Shown one piece after another: positions 46,563 to 58,442 of a DNA stretch of 64,000 bases (position 1 is its first letter; each line of letters opens with the position of its first letter). The position numbers were made by a program, and so were the translations under genes. The stretch is from a bacterium (GTDB lineage: Bacteria > UBA8248). Where the stretch lies: positions 3,488,001 to 3,552,000 of the forward strand of contig OZ244799.1 of NCBI GenBank assembly GCA_965219955.1. Reading direction: 5' to 3'. The notes beneath the pieces were generated by a model. It was not told the origin of the DNA. It ran no database searches and worked only from the letters and a program-made list of their open reading frames with translations.

Positions 46563-47600
46563 ATGAAATCCAGAATTCTTCTTATCTTCGTTTTGACCAT
46601 CACAATAGGAGCGGCGGCGCTCGTATCCCTTCCGAGCCGGGCGGACGCCGCCTGCAGCGTCCGCATCGGCGACCTGAACTGGGACAGCGCCAACTTTCAC
46701 GATCAGGTGACCGCCTTCATCCTGGAGCACGGCTACGGCTGCCGGGTGCGGCTCATCTACGGCGGCACGCTGCCGATCATGACGGCCCACTACGAGGGCA
46801 AGAACGACATTGTCATGGAGCTCTGGTACGACAACGTGAAGGCGCAGTACGACCCCGCCATGAAGAGCGGCAAGGTCAAGCAGGTGGGGGTCAACACGCC
46901 CGACAGCATACAGGGCTGGTTCATCCCGCGCTTCGTCCAGAAGGCGAACCCGGGACTCAAGTCGGTCTTCGACCTGCCGAAGTACAAGCATCTCTTCAAG
47001 GACCCCGAAGAGCCCTCCAAGGGACGGTTCGTGAACTGCATTCCCGGCTGGTCGTGCGAGGTCATCAACACGGTGAAGCTGCGCGCCTACGGGCTGGAAA
47101 AACACTTCACCAATTTCCGGCCGGGTTCGGGCGGAGCGCTCGCGGCGGCCATCAAGGGCGCGTATCTCAAGAAAAAACCCGTGCTCGCCTATTACTGGGC
47201 GCCGACGCCGCTCCTGGGACAGCTCGACCTCGTACAGCTCGAAGAACCTGCGTGGAACGAGGCCGACTGGAACGTGGTGGTGAAGCACATGGACGCGCTC
47301 AAGAAGGGCGGAATGGAGGCCCTGGGGAATCCCAAGAAGGCGACCGCCTACCGGACGGCGGAACTGCCGAAGTCGGTCACCACGAAGTTCGCGGCCAAGC
47401 ATCCGAAGATCGTCGCCTTCATCGAGAAATACACGCTTCCATCCAAAGAAGTCTCGAAGATGCTGGCCTATCTCGAGAGCAAGGCCGGCGGCGACGCCAA
47501 GGCCACCGCGATCCATTTCCTGAAGACCAACAAGGTCTGGAAGAAGTGGGTTCCGGCCGATGTGGCGAAAAAGGTCGAGGCGGCGCTCAAATCGGCTTAA
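46563..47600 (+). CDS. proX: glycine betaine/proline ABC substrate-binding protein
   Basis: Signal peptide, LNWDS, F.DPEEP.KGRF..C..GW.C, YYW.PT.L. Confidence 0.85.
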   Translation: MKSRILLIFVLTITIGAAALVSLPSRADAACSVRIGDLNWDSANFHDQVTAFILEHGYGCRVRLIYGGTLPIMTAHYEGKNDIVMELWYDNVKAQYDPAMKSGKVKQVGVNTPDSIQGWFIPRFVQKANPGLKSVFDLPKYKHLFKDPEEPSKGRFVNCIPGWSCEVINTVKLRAYGLEKHFTNFRPGSGGALAAAIKGAYLKKKPVLAYYWAPTPLLGQLDLVQLEEPAWNEADWNVVVKHMDALKKGGMEALGNPKKATAYRTAELPKSVTTKFAAKHPKIVAFIEKYTLPSKEVSKMLAYLESKAGGDAKATAIHFLKTNKVWKKWVPADVAKKVEAALKSA

Positions 47601-47661
47601 GTTGCGCCCGCGCGATGCTTTTGTCTCGTGAAGAAGCGACTGGCCCCGGGGAGGTCCGCCG

Positions 47662-48570
47662 ATGATGAAGTTTTTCCGCGGACTGTTCCCCGAGTGGGCG
47701 GTCGAATGGCCCAAGGGGCTGAACCTGCCGCTCAACAAGTGGACCAACGACTTCGTGGAGTGGCTGGTCTCCGAATACGGGGTCATCTTCGAGACCACCT
47801 CGGACGGGATTCTTGTGGTGCTGGTGGGTCTCGAGCGGTTCCTGCGCGACCTTCCCTGGCTCGTCGTTTTCGCGGGTGTCATCGCGCTCACCTACTTCTC
47901 CAGCGGGCGCAAATGGGGACTGACCGCGCTCGTGGCCGCCAGCATGTTCTTCATCGGCCTCACCGATCCCAGGCTGTGGGATTTGTCGATGATGACCCTT
48001 TCGGTGATGCTGGTATCCACCATCATCTGCATCGGCCTGGGCGTTCCGATCGGCATCGCGATATCGAGAAACGACCGGATGCGCGACATGGTGCTGCCCG
48101 CGCTCGACCTCATGCAGACCATGCCGAGCTTCGTGTATCTCATTCCGGCGATCATGCTCTTCGGCCTCGGCGCGGTGCCGGCCGTCTTCGCCACGGTGAT
48201 CTACGCCATCCCGCCGGTGGTCCGCCTGACGGACTTAGGCATACGCCTGGTGGACGAGGACCTCGTCGAGGCTTCCGACGCCATGGGCGCGAGCAAGAGG
48301 CAGAAGCTCCTTCGCGTGCAGATACCCATGGCGCTGCCCAACATCATGCAGGGAGTCAACCAGACCACGATGATGGCGCTCGCGATGGTGGTGATCGCCT
48401 CGATGATCGGAACCCGGGGGCTCGGCACCGAGGTGCTCATCGGCCTCCAGCAGCTGAACGTCGGACGCGCGCTCGAGGCCGGCGTGGCCATCGTGCTGCT
48501 CGCCATCGTCATGGACCGCGTCACCCAGGCCTACGGCGGGCGGTTCATCCGCGCGAGCGGGAGGGGCTGA
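47662..48570 (+). CDS. proW: glycine betaine/proline ABC permease
   Basis: LDLMQTMPSFVYLIP, EAS.A.G, GVNQT.MMAL.MVV. Confidence 0.9.
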   Translation: MMKFFRGLFPEWAVEWPKGLNLPLNKWTNDFVEWLVSEYGVIFETTSDGILVVLVGLERFLRDLPWLVVFAGVIALTYFSSGRKWGLTALVAASMFFIGLTDPRLWDLSMMTLSVMLVSTIICIGLGVPIGIAISRNDRMRDMVLPALDLMQTMPSFVYLIPAIMLFGLGAVPAVFATVIYAIPPVVRLTDLGIRLVDEDLVEASDAMGASKRQKLLRVQIPMALPNIMQGVNQTTMMALAMVVIASMIGTRGLGTEVLIGLQQLNVGRALEAGVAIVLLAIVMDRVTQAYGGRFIRASGRG

Positions 48571-48574
48571 ACCG

Positions 48575-49603
48575 ATGGCGCTGATCGAGATACGAAACGT
48601 CTACAAGATATTCGGTGCGGGACGCCCGCTGGACGCCGCGCTCGAACTGGCCCGCGCGGGCGTCGAGAAGAACGACGTGCTGGTCGAGACCGGCAGCACG
48701 CTTGGCCTCAAGGACGTGAGCCTCTCCGTCGATCGCGGCGAGATATTCGTGGTCATGGGCCTTTCGGGTTCGGGAAAGTCGACCCTGATCCGCCACATCA
48801 ACCGGCTGATCGACCCGACGACGGGCCGGATTCTCGTCGACGGGAAAGACGTTCTCGAACTCTCGCCGGAGGAATTGCTCGCGTTCCGCCGCGGCGCCGT
48901 GAGCATGGTCTTTCAGCGGTTCGCGCTCTTTCCGCACATGACGGTCATGGAGAACGTGGGCTACGGCCTGGAAGTCCAGGGGATGGAGCTCGTCCAGCGC
49001 CGCCGGCGCGCGATGCGCTGGATTGAGGACGTGGGCCTCATCGGCTACGAGAGCGCCTATCCGGCCCAACTCTCGGGCGGCATGCAGCAGCGGGTGGGCC
49101 TGGCGCGCGCCCTGTGCACGGACCCCGAGATTCTGCTCATGGACGAGCCATTCAGCGCCCTGGATCCGCTGATCCGCAAGCAGATGCAGGAACACCTCAT
49201 CGCGCTCCAGCGCGACCTCAAAAAGACCATCGTGTTCATCACCCACGATCTCGACGAGGCGCTCAAGCTGGGCGATCACGTCGCGATCCTCAAAGACGGC
49301 GTGGTCGACCAGGTAGGCGAGCCCGAGGAGATTCTGCTCAACCCGGCCACCGACTACGTGCGCGAGTTCGTGCGCGACGTGAAGCGGGGCCGCGTGGTGA
49401 CGGCGGGTTCGATCATGACGCCGCCCGGCGGCGACGCGACCGGGCCGACCGTCTCGCGCGATACCGTGCTTCAGGACATGCTGCCCAAGTGCATCGGGAG
49501 CGATGCCCCGCTGCGCGTGGTGGACGCGGCGGGCGCCGTCGTGGGCGCCGTCTCCCGGAAAACCCTCCTGCGCGGACTGGCGGATCGCCCCGGGAAAAAG
49601 TAG
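48575..49603 (+). CDS. proV: glycine betaine/proline ABC ATPase
   Basis: MGLSGSGKST, LSGGMQQRVGLARAL, DEPFSALDPLIR, ITHDLDEA. Confidence 0.92.
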   Translation: MALIEIRNVYKIFGAGRPLDAALELARAGVEKNDVLVETGSTLGLKDVSLSVDRGEIFVVMGLSGSGKSTLIRHINRLIDPTTGRILVDGKDVLELSPEELLAFRRGAVSMVFQRFALFPHMTVMENVGYGLEVQGMELVQRRRRAMRWIEDVGLIGYESAYPAQLSGGMQQRVGLARALCTDPEILLMDEPFSALDPLIRKQMQEHLIALQRDLKKTIVFITHDLDEALKLGDHVAILKDGVVDQVGEPEEILLNPATDYVREFVRDVKRGRVVTAGSIMTPPGGDATGPTVSRDTVLQDMLPKCIGSDAPLRVVDAAGAVVGAVSRKTLLRGLADRPGKK

Positions 49604-49658
49604 AGGGGACGCCGCCCTCGGCTTGAAAAGCACCCCCCTTGAAAGGGAAACTTCATAA

Positions 49659-50143
49659 AGGCAACCCCCCCTGCCCCCTTGTCAGGGGGGCAAGAAAAAC
49701 CCCTCTCTTTGCTTGGGATTGACCTTCGCCTTTGTTCGTCATTCCGGCGAAAGCCGGAAGCCATTTTCGCCTTTGCCTATTCGCTTCCTCGTTCGGACGT
49801 CTTTACTCGGAGGCGAGGAGGATCGGAATCGAACACAAAAACGAAAGGAGAATCCTCTGGATTCCGCTTTCCCTCTCTCCCTGGTCGGAAATGATACCGG
49901 AATGACGAGCAAAGCCGCACCGCCTCGTCCTGAGTAGCGGCCCCTCGACTTCGCTCGGGACAGGCTCCGCCGTTCCCCGACACCCTCATCCTGAGTAGGC
50001 GCATAAGCGCCGTATCGAAGGATGCCCTCTTGCCACGGCGCAAACCCCTCGCCCTTCGATACGCCGCCTCCGGCGGCTACTCAGGGTGAGGAAAGGGGGT
50101 TGGCGGTTTCCAGTGGACGCATACGGGACTTTTTCGACAACCC
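49659..50143. repeat. composite intergenic repeat cluster 2
   Basis: Shares modules with 2364-2409, 2640-2748 (inverted) and 62186-62310 (inverted); ends in TTTTTCGACAACCCC. Confidence 0.85.
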
Positions 50144-50274
50144 CGTACTTGTGACCCACCCCCATGCGCCAATGCCCGCCTGGCCTTGCAATAAAGCCGC
50201 AAATCCGCTTCATTACGGGCGGACGCTGCGCGGGATCGGGCGCGCATCCTCGAGAGACGGAGACGATAAGGCGG

Positions 50275-51699
50275 ATGAGGGATTTTGAGAGGGAGACCAT
50301 CGTCGCGCTGTCCACGCCGCCCGGGCGCGGGGCCATCGCTATCGTCCGCCTGAGCGGGGCGAAATCGCTCCCCATCCTCGAGGCAATCTTCACGCCCAGA
50401 AAAAAGAGGAGCGCGTTTCCGAGGGGGCGGCCCGTCTTGGGGCGCTTTGTGGATGAGGGAGGGGCGTTCGACGAGGGGCTCGCGCTCTATCATCAGGCGC
50501 CCGATTCCGTTACCGGCGAGGACGTGGTCGAGATGCACTGCCACGGCGGGCCGGCGGTCGTGGGGACCATCCTGCGCCTCGCCCGGGAGATGGGCGCCAG
50601 GCCGGCTGTTGAGGGCGAATTCACCCGGCGCGCCTTCCTGGAGGGGAAGATCGACCTGCTCCAGGCCGAAGCCGTGGCCGACCTCGTGACCGCGCAGACC
50701 GAAAAGGCGGCGCGCGCCGCGCTCAATCACCTGGAAGGACGCCTCTCCGGGGCCCTGGAAGGCGTTTGGGAGAAAATCGTGGAGGCGGGCGCGCACATCG
50801 AGGCGGCGATTGATTTCCCCGACGAGTTCGAGCCGGGGGCAGGCCCCTCGGTTTCCGGCGCTCCGATGGGAAGCGCCGAACTCGCCGATTTGTTCGCGGA
50901 AACGGAAGCCGCGCTCGGGAGGCTCATCGAGAGCTACCGCTCCGGCAGGATCCTGAGAGAGGGCGCGCGCGCCGCCATCCTCGGCAGGCCCAACGCGGGG
51001 AAATCCACGCTTCTGAACGCGCTCCTGGGGGCGGATCGCGCGATCACGAGCGAGATTCCGGGCACCACGCGCGACACGGTGGAGGAAGTCTGCGACTTCG
51101 GCGGCGCGCCGGTGCGGCTCATCGACACGGCGGGCCTGCGCGATACGGGCGACCCGGTGGAACTCGAAGGAACCGAGCGCGCCCGCAAGGCGGCTGGAGA
51201 AGCCGACTTGAGCCTGATGGTCGTGGACCTGACGGGAGGCGACGCCGAAATGACCTGGGCGGCAGGAGAGGCGGGCGGGTTGGATTGCGATAACTTTTTT
51301 GTTATCAACAAGATAGATAAGTGCTCCCTCAAAGAGCAGGAGCGCGCCCGCGCGGTTTTGGGTGAGCTTGCGCCCGGGGCCGGCGAGCCGCTCTTCATCT
51401 CGGCGCTCACGGGCGAGGGAATCCCCGAGTTGCGCGAGGAGGTGGCGCGTGTTTTGATGGATGAAGACGGGCTTTCGGGCGCGGAGTCGGTTCTCACGCG
51501 GGAGCGCCACCACGGCCAGATCGCGAAATGCCTCGAAGCCGTGCGAAGCGCCAGAGCGGGCGCCGAGGGCGAGCTTTCCCCCGAACTGGTGGCGGTTCAC
51601 CTGAACGAGGCGCAGACCGCGCTCGCGGAACTCTTGGGCAGGGACTACGGAGAAGCGCTTCTGGACAGAATTTTCTCCACGTTCTGCATCGGAAAATGA
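50275..51699 (+). CDS. mnmE: tRNA modification GTPase MnmE
   Basis: TI.ALSTPPG.G, TGEDVVE.HCHGG, GRPNAGKS, GTTRD, DTAG, NKID, FCIGK. Confidence 0.96.
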   Translation: MRDFERETIVALSTPPGRGAIAIVRLSGAKSLPILEAIFTPRKKRSAFPRGRPVLGRFVDEGGAFDEGLALYHQAPDSVTGEDVVEMHCHGGPAVVGTILRLAREMGARPAVEGEFTRRAFLEGKIDLLQAEAVADLVTAQTEKAARAALNHLEGRLSGALEGVWEKIVEAGAHIEAAIDFPDEFEPGAGPSVSGAPMGSAELADLFAETEAALGRLIESYRSGRILREGARAAILGRPNAGKSTLLNALLGADRAITSEIPGTTRDTVEEVCDFGGAPVRLIDTAGLRDTGDPVELEGTERARKAAGEADLSLMVVDLTGGDAEMTWAAGEAGGLDCDNFFVINKIDKCSLKEQERARAVLGELAPGAGEPLFISALTGEGIPELREEVARVLMDEDGLSGAESVLTRERHHGQIAKCLEAVRSARAGAEGELSPELVAVHLNEAQTALAELLGRDYGEALLDRIFSTFCIGK

Positions 51700-51789
51700 T
51701 AATAATATAATATCGGCGCAGAATGACGATAAATTTAGATATATAATAGATAACATTCTGTGATTTTGTGAATTTCTGGAGGTTTTCCG

Positions 51790-53724
51790 TTGGCTGTTTC
51801 GTATGAGGTCATCGTCGTGGGCGGCGGGCACGCCGGATGCGAGGCGGCCCTGGCCGCGGCGCGCATGGGCGCCAGGACCATGATGCTCACGATGAACCTG
51901 GACACCGTGGGCCTCATGTCGTGCAACCCGGCCATCGGCGGGCTGGCGAAGGGCGTCCTGGTGCGCGAGGTGGACGCCCTGGGCGGCGAGATGGCCCGCG
52001 CCATCGACGCCACGGGGATCCAGTTCCGGATGCTCAACACGAAAAAAGGCCCCGCCGTACAGGCCCTGCGCGCCCAGGCGGACAAGCAGCGCTACCGCGC
52101 GTATATGAAAAACGCGGTCGAAAGCCAGGCGGGACTCGACCTCAAGCAGGGAATGGTGCAAAGGCTTCTCGTCAAGAACGGGGCGATAGCGGGCCTTCAG
52201 GATCATTTCGGCGAAACCTGGGAGGCCAAGGCCGTCGTGCTGACGCCGGGCACCTTCACGCGCGGTCTCTTGCACTACGGCGACAGGAAGGTCGAGGGCG
52301 GGCGCGCGGGCGAGGGCTCGGCGAACGAACTCACGCGGCAACTCGTCTCGTTCGGCTTCGCCATCGGGCGCATGAAGACGGGGACGCCGCCCCGGCTGGA
52401 CGCGAAAACCATTGATTTTCAAGTACTTGACGTACAGCCCGGCGACGACCCGCCCCTGCCGTTCTCATACCGCACACAGGCCATCGAACAGGAACAGATG
52501 CCGTGCTGGATCACCTACACGAACCCCGGGACGCACGAGGTGATCAGGGAGAACATCGAGCGCGCGCCGATGTACAACGGCCAGATCGACGCGATCGGCG
52601 TGCGGTACTGCCCGAGCATCGAGGACAAGATCATGCGCTTCGAGGGCAAACAGGAGCACCAGATATTCCTGGAGCCCGAAGGACGCGAGACTTGCGAGAT
52701 CTATGTGAACGGGCTTTCCACGAGCCTTCCGGTGGACGTGCAAATCCGTATGTTGAGAACAATCAAAGGCTTGGAGAGAGCCGAGATGATGCGTCCGGGC
52801 TACGCCGTCGAGTACGACCACGTGGAGCCGACCGAGCTGAGACCGAGCCTGATGACGAAGAAGATGCCGGGGCTCTTCCATGCCGGCCAGATCAACGGGA
52901 CGACCGGCTACGAGGAAGCCGCCGCCCAGGGGATCATGGCGGGAATCAACGCCACCCGCTACCTGCGCGGCGAGGAACCCGTCGTTTTAAGCCGGGAAGA
53001 GGCCTATATCGGCGTTCTCATCGACGATCTCATCACCAAGGGGACGGCCGAGCCCTACCGGATGTTCACCAGCCGGGCGGAGCACAGGCTCCTGCTCCGC
53101 CACGACAACGCGGATTTCAGGCTCATGGAGCTCGGCCACAGGGTCGGTTCGCTGGACGAGGCCACCTGGCGCGCCTTCGAGAAGAAGGCGAAACAGGCGG
53201 AAGAGGCGATTCGCTACCTCGAAGCCACGACCGTGAACCCCAAGCCGGACGTGCGAAGCGCCATGGAGGCGGCGGGCTCCAGGCCGCTCAAGAAGCCGTC
53301 CGCACTTGCCGATATCCTGAGGCGCCCCGAAGCGGGGCCTGAGCTGGCGATTCGGGTCGATTCCGTCGATAAAGGCCGTTTTCAGGAGATTTGGGAAGGC
53401 CTGGGCCGAGAAGCGCGGCGATACGTTCTGGCGGAGGTGAAATACAAGGAGTATTTCGAGCGGGAATACCAGCAGGTCCATCACCTGAGGATGGCCGACC
53501 GCGTGAAGATACCCGAGAGCATCTCCTATTCGGAAGTCGGCCACCTGACGGCGGAGGTGCGCCAAAGACTCGAGCAGATACGCCCCAAAACCCTCGGGCA
53601 GGCCAGCCGCATCTCGGGCGTGACGCCCGCCGCCGTCGCCGTGCTGGAGGTCTACATCCGCAAGCAGAGCGGAAATGCGCGGGAGGAGACCGCCCCTACG
53701 AAACCATCGCCTCTCTTGTGTTAG
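51790..53724 (+). CDS. mnmG: tRNA uridine 5-carboxymethylaminomethyl modification enzyme
   Basis: [47 protein letters not shown]. Confidence 0.97.
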   Translation: MAVSYEVIVVGGGHAGCEAALAAARMGARTMMLTMNLDTVGLMSCNPAIGGLAKGVLVREVDALGGEMARAIDATGIQFRMLNTKKGPAVQALRAQADKQRYRAYMKNAVESQAGLDLKQGMVQRLLVKNGAIAGLQDHFGETWEAKAVVLTPGTFTRGLLHYGDRKVEGGRAGEGSANELTRQLVSFGFAIGRMKTGTPPRLDAKTIDFQVLDVQPGDDPPLPFSYRTQAIEQEQMPCWITYTNPGTHEVIRENIERAPMYNGQIDAIGVRYCPSIEDKIMRFEGKQEHQIFLEPEGRETCEIYVNGLSTSLPVDVQIRMLRTIKGLERAEMMRPGYAVEYDHVEPTELRPSLMTKKMPGLFHAGQINGTTGYEEAAAQGIMAGINATRYLRGEEPVVLSREEAYIGVLIDDLITKGTAEPYRMFTSRAEHRLLLRHDNADFRLMELGHRVGSLDEATWRAFEKKAKQAEEAIRYLEATTVNPKPDVRSAMEAAGSRPLKKPSALADILRRPEAGPELAIRVDSVDKGRFQEIWEGLGREARRYVLAEVKYKEYFEREYQQVHHLRMADRVKIPESISYSEVGHLTAEVRQRLEQIRPKTLGQASRISGVTPAAVAVLEVYIRKQSGNAREETAPTKPSPLLC

Positions 53725-55459
53725 CCCGGATATTTCACCGACAAATGGCATGGGGCCTCTGAATGTCGGATAATGTGAGTTGTCTCAATAACTTACACCC
53801 GTCCGACAGAGAGGCCCCATGGATACGCATTGTACACCGGAACAACTTCACTTTCACCCCCACGGAAGACGCGAGGTCATCGCCCGATTCGACGGCGGAC
53901 GGATCACGTCGGACGCCGGCGGGGTGCTGCTTCGCGAGACGGATCTCCGCCTGGGTCTGATGGCTCGTCTGGCGCGGTGTTTTCGTGATTGCCGCAAGCC
54001 CGGCAGCGTGGAGCACCCGGTGCGCTCGCTGGCGGCGCAGCGGGTGTACGCGCTGGCGCTGGGCTACGAGGACCTGAACGACCACGAGGATTTGCGCCGC
54101 GACAGGTTGCTGGCGCTGCTGGTGGGCAAGCGGGACCTGACGGGAGCCGGGCGGGTTCGCCTTCGGGACCGCGGCTCTCCGCTGGCCGCATCGAGTACGC
54201 TGAACCGCCTGGAGTTGGGCGGCGCCGAGGCGGCGACGGATCGCTACAAGCGCATCGCTGCGGACTTCGAGGCGATGGACCGCCTGCTGGTGGACGTGTT
54301 CATGGAGTCTTACGCCGAACCGCCCGAAGAGATATGGCTGGACCTCGACGCCACGGACGACCCCCTGCACGGTCGCCAGGAGGGGCGCTTCTTCCACGGC
54401 TATTACGGCCGCTACTGTTATCTGCCGCTCTACGTCTTCTGCGGCGCGCATCTGCTGTGCGCGCGGCTGCGCCGCTCGAACGTCGACGCCTCGGCCGGCA
54501 GCGAGGAGGAGTTGGCGCGGATCGTGGCGCAGGTCCGCAGGCGCTGGCCGCGTACGCGGGTCGTGGTTCGCGGCGACTCGGGTTTTTGCCGCGAGCCGTT
54601 GATGCGCTGGTGCGAGGAGAACGGCGTCGGCTACGTGTTCGGCATGGCGCGCAACGCGCGGCTGGTGCGGGCGATTGGCCGGGACCTCTACCGGGCCGAG
54701 GTCGTCTGTCGCCGCACGGGTGAGCCGGCGCGCCGGTATCGCGACTTCCGCTATCGAACGCGCAAGAGCTGGTCCAGAACCCGCCGGGTGGTGGGCAAGG
54801 CGCAATACCTGCCCAGGGGGGCGAACCCGCGGTTCGTGGTCACCAATCTCCGCCCCCGGCGGGCCGGCGCCAGACGCCTCTACGAAGAACTCTACTGCGC
54901 CCGGGGAGAGATGGAGAACCGCATCAAGGAACAGCAACTCGGCCTGTTCGCCGACCGCACCAGCAGCGCCACCATGAGGGCCAATCAGTTGCGGCTCTAC
55001 TTCGCCTCCTTCGCCTACGTCCTGATGCACGGACTCCGGCGCCTGGGGCTGGCGGGCACGACATGCGCCAGGGCCCAGTGCGCAACGATCCGGCTGAAAC
55101 TGCTCAAGATCGGCGCCCGCGTGAGGGTCAGCGTGCGCAAGGTCCGGCTGTCTATCTCCGAGGCCTGGCCCCATGCGGCGCTCTTCGAAAAGGTAGTGAA
55201 CAACCTGCGTACGCACCCGCCCTGGCCGACGGCGGGGGAGAGTGACTGAGCGTAGAATCGGAGCGACATAGGTTGCCGCAGCGGGAAACCTGCGCCTGCG
55301 CGTCGGCCGGCACTCCCCGAAAGCCTTCGAAATCGACGAAAAAGCGCCGCTCGGGCGCCGTGCGTCATCGTATCGCGCCGACGAAGAAGGCCGCCTCCCG
55401 AATCAAGCCGTCCACGACTTCAAATCAGGCCGTTCCAAAGCCTCGGTGAAATATCCGGG
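53725..55459 (+). mobile_element. IS1380-family insertion sequence, complete
   Basis: Perfect 17-bp terminal IRs CCCGGATATTTCACCGA (53725-53741 and 55443-55459); TTAG direct repeat on both flanks. Confidence 0.93.
53819..55249 (+). CDS. IS1380-family DDE transposase
   Basis: FDGG.ITSDAG, LGYEDLND, LDLDATDD, RGDSGF, RGEMENRIKE. Confidence 0.93.
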   Translation: MDTHCTPEQLHFHPHGRREVIARFDGGRITSDAGGVLLRETDLRLGLMARLARCFRDCRKPGSVEHPVRSLAAQRVYALALGYEDLNDHEDLRRDRLLALLVGKRDLTGAGRVRLRDRGSPLAASSTLNRLELGGAEAATDRYKRIAADFEAMDRLLVDVFMESYAEPPEEIWLDLDATDDPLHGRQEGRFFHGYYGRYCYLPLYVFCGAHLLCARLRRSNVDASAGSEEELARIVAQVRRRWPRTRVVVRGDSGFCREPLMRWCEENGVGYVFGMARNARLVRAIGRDLYRAEVVCRRTGEPARRYRDFRYRTRKSWSRTRRVVGKAQYLPRGANPRFVVTNLRPRRAGARRLYEELYCARGEMENRIKEQQLGLFADRTSSATMRANQLRLYFASFAYVLMHGLRRLGLAGTTCARAQCATIRLKLLKIGARVRVSVRKVRLSISEAWPHAALFEKVVNNLRTHPPWPTAGESD

Positions 55460-55562
55460 TTAGAGACAGCCCCGAAATGGAACAGTCTTAACACATCAAA
55501 ACCGCCGAAATTTCTCGGAATACAACCCCTGCCATTCGATTCACACGGTTCCCCCCTCCCAT

Positions 55563-55578
55563 TGTTCCACGTGGAACG
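55563..55578. promoter_or_regulatory. parS site
   Basis: TGTTCCACGTGGAACG. Confidence 0.85.
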
Positions 55579-55622
55579 CTTTTTGGGTTTTATGGCGAAC
55601 CGGAATTGCGTTTCAATGACGT

Positions 55623-55939
55623 GGGCCTGTTGAAAACCCCTCGCCAGGTTTTCTCTAAAATCCCGCCCTCCCGTCTCCCTCATCCTGAGCAGCGGCCCCT
55701 CGACTTCGCTCGGGACAAGTTCCGCCCCACCTTCTTCATCCTGAGTAGCCGCCGAAGGCGGCGTATCGAAGGATGCCTTCTCGCTCGCGGCGAGGCGCCT
55801 CCCATCCTTCGATACGGCGCTTTCGCGCCTACTCAGGATGAGGTTTTGTTGTAGCGTACGCCGCGCGATCCGTCATACGTCCGATCTCGAAGCCGATTTT
55901 TTTAACAGCCCCTTGTCAGGGGAGCTTTTCAACAACCCC
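55623..55939. repeat. composite repeat / MITE cluster 3
   Basis: GGGCCTGTTGAAAA ... TTTTTTAACAGCCCC and a second end CTTTTCAACAACCCC; internal CCTGAGTAG..CGAAGG palindromes. Confidence 0.85.
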
Positions 55940-56049
55940 TGCAATCTGGTGTATTTCCAAACAAGCCTGCAGGGACAGGTCACGACCTTGGACCGTTCAC
56001 AAGAACGGCCCACTACCAAAGAGCACTCCTCCCATCGCTGATTCCCCGT

Positions 56050-56065
56050 TGTTCCACGTGGAACA
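56050..56065. promoter_or_regulatory. parS site
   Basis: Perfect palindrome TGTTCCACGTGGAACA. Confidence 0.92.
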
Positions 56066-56093
56066 TTCTCTCCCCCGAATTTGCCGGAAATTT

Positions 56094-56109
56094 TGTTCCA
56101 CGTGAAACA
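56094..56109. promoter_or_regulatory. parS site
   Basis: TGTTCCACGTGAAACA. Confidence 0.92.
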
Positions 56110-56186
56110 ATCGGTTGTATTTTCAGGTACGCTGTGAGAATCTTTGCCCATCGCAAGCTTTTTTCACCCGCCCTGAAGCAGAATAT

Positions 56187-57028
<842 letters not shown>

Positions 57029-57032
<4 letters not shown>

Positions 57033-57955
57033 CGACCATGAGAAAGAAAGGACTCGGACGGGGTCTGGACGCCCTCCTGGCCTCCCATGATGCGCAAGAG
57101 CCCGCGCCGTCGGTGCTGGACCCTCCTGGAGGCGCCGCCGAAGACGCGGGAATTCTGATGCGGCTTTCTCCCGCCCGCCTCGCCCCCGGCGTTCACCAGC
57201 CGCGCGTCGATTTCGACGAGGAGGACCTGGCCGAACTGTCTGAATCCGTGAAGCGCCACGGGGTGATCCAGCCCCTTCTGGTTCGGCGCGGCGCGGGCGG
57301 GGGGTATGAGATCGTGGCCGGGGAGCGGCGCTGGCGCGCCGCGCGCCTGGCGGAAGTCGACGAGGTCCCCGCCATCCTGGTCGATGCGGGCGGAGACGAG
57401 GCTCTGGAGCTCGCCATCGTCGAGAACGTGCAGCGCGCGGACCTCAATCCCATGGAAGAGGCGGCCGCGTACGCGAGCATGATGGAGCGCCTGGGCCTCA
57501 CGCAGGAAGAGACAGCCTCCCGCGTGGGCAAGGATCGCTCCACCGTCGCGAACTACGTCCGCCTGCTCAATCTGCCCGTCACGGTTCAGGAGAGCGTCGC
57601 CGCCGGACTCCTCTCCATGGGGCACGCCAGAGCGCTCTTGTCCTTGCGCACGGACGAGGAGATGGCGAGCCACGCCGCCGCCGCCGTCGAGAAGAGGCTC
57701 TCCGTGCGCCAGCTCGAGGCGCGCGTGAGAAAAACGCTTGAGGGGAAGAGCGAGGCGAAGGAAACCTTCCGCCAGCCCGTTCCGCAGAACGGGCCCTCGG
57801 GGCCGCAGGCGCTTTATCTCAGGGAAGCGGCGGAGCGTCTCAGAAGCGCGCTGGGAACGAAAGTCGCGATATCGGGAGACGAGGAGAACGGGAAGATAGA
57901 AATAGAGTATTATACGAGGGAAACGCTCGAGGGGTTGCTGCAGCGGCTTTGTTAG
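57029..57955 (+). CDS. parB: chromosome partitioning protein ParB
   Basis: GLGRGLDAL, QPR, GERRWRA, ENVQR.DL, HTH. Confidence 0.95.
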
Positions 57956-57994
57956 CTCTGGTATTTCTATCGGGATTCATGCGAGGATCGATGA

Positions 57995-58405
57995 ATGGCG
58001 AAAAACTACGAGAAGAGCATTCGCGCCTTCCTGGGAGAGGGCACCGAGTTCAAGGGCGTCATCACCTTCGAGGGGACCGTGCGCGTCGACGGCGTCCTCG
58101 AGGGAGAGGTCATCACGGATGACACCTTCATCATCGGCACGGCGGCGAAGGTGAAAGCCGACGTCAAGGCCGGCGTCGTCATCGTCATGGGCCGGATGGA
58201 GGGCAAGATAGAGACGAAGGAAAAATGCGAGGTGAGGGTCGGCTCCCACGTGAGCGGCGAGATTTTCACGCCGAGCATATACATCGAAGAGGGCGCCGTG
58301 TTCGAGGGGACCTGCCACATGACGGGCGACGGCAGAGGCTCGATTACGAGCGCCGAGGAAGCGGAGGAGAACTCAGGGGAGGGGGAGGCTCCCGATACGG
58401 ACTGA
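57995..58405 (+). CDS. bactofilin (polymer-forming cytoskeletal protein)
   Basis: FKGVITFEG.VRVDG..EG, IEEGAVFEG.C.M. Confidence 0.9.
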   Translation: MAKNYEKSIRAFLGEGTEFKGVITFEGTVRVDGVLEGEVITDDTFIIGTAAKVKADVKAGVVIVMGRMEGKIETKEKCEVRVGSHVSGEIFTPSIYIEEGAVFEGTCHMTGDGRGSITSAEEAEENSGEGEAPDTD

Positions 58406-58442
58406 AAGCGGGCGCTTCAGGACGACTGGCAAAAGGCGGCTG

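Noticed and set aside
51700-51789. Very AT-rich spacer between mnmE and mnmG as an origin DUE
   Set aside because: No DnaA boxes or trios nearby; more likely a promoter region, and a better oriC lies beside dnaA
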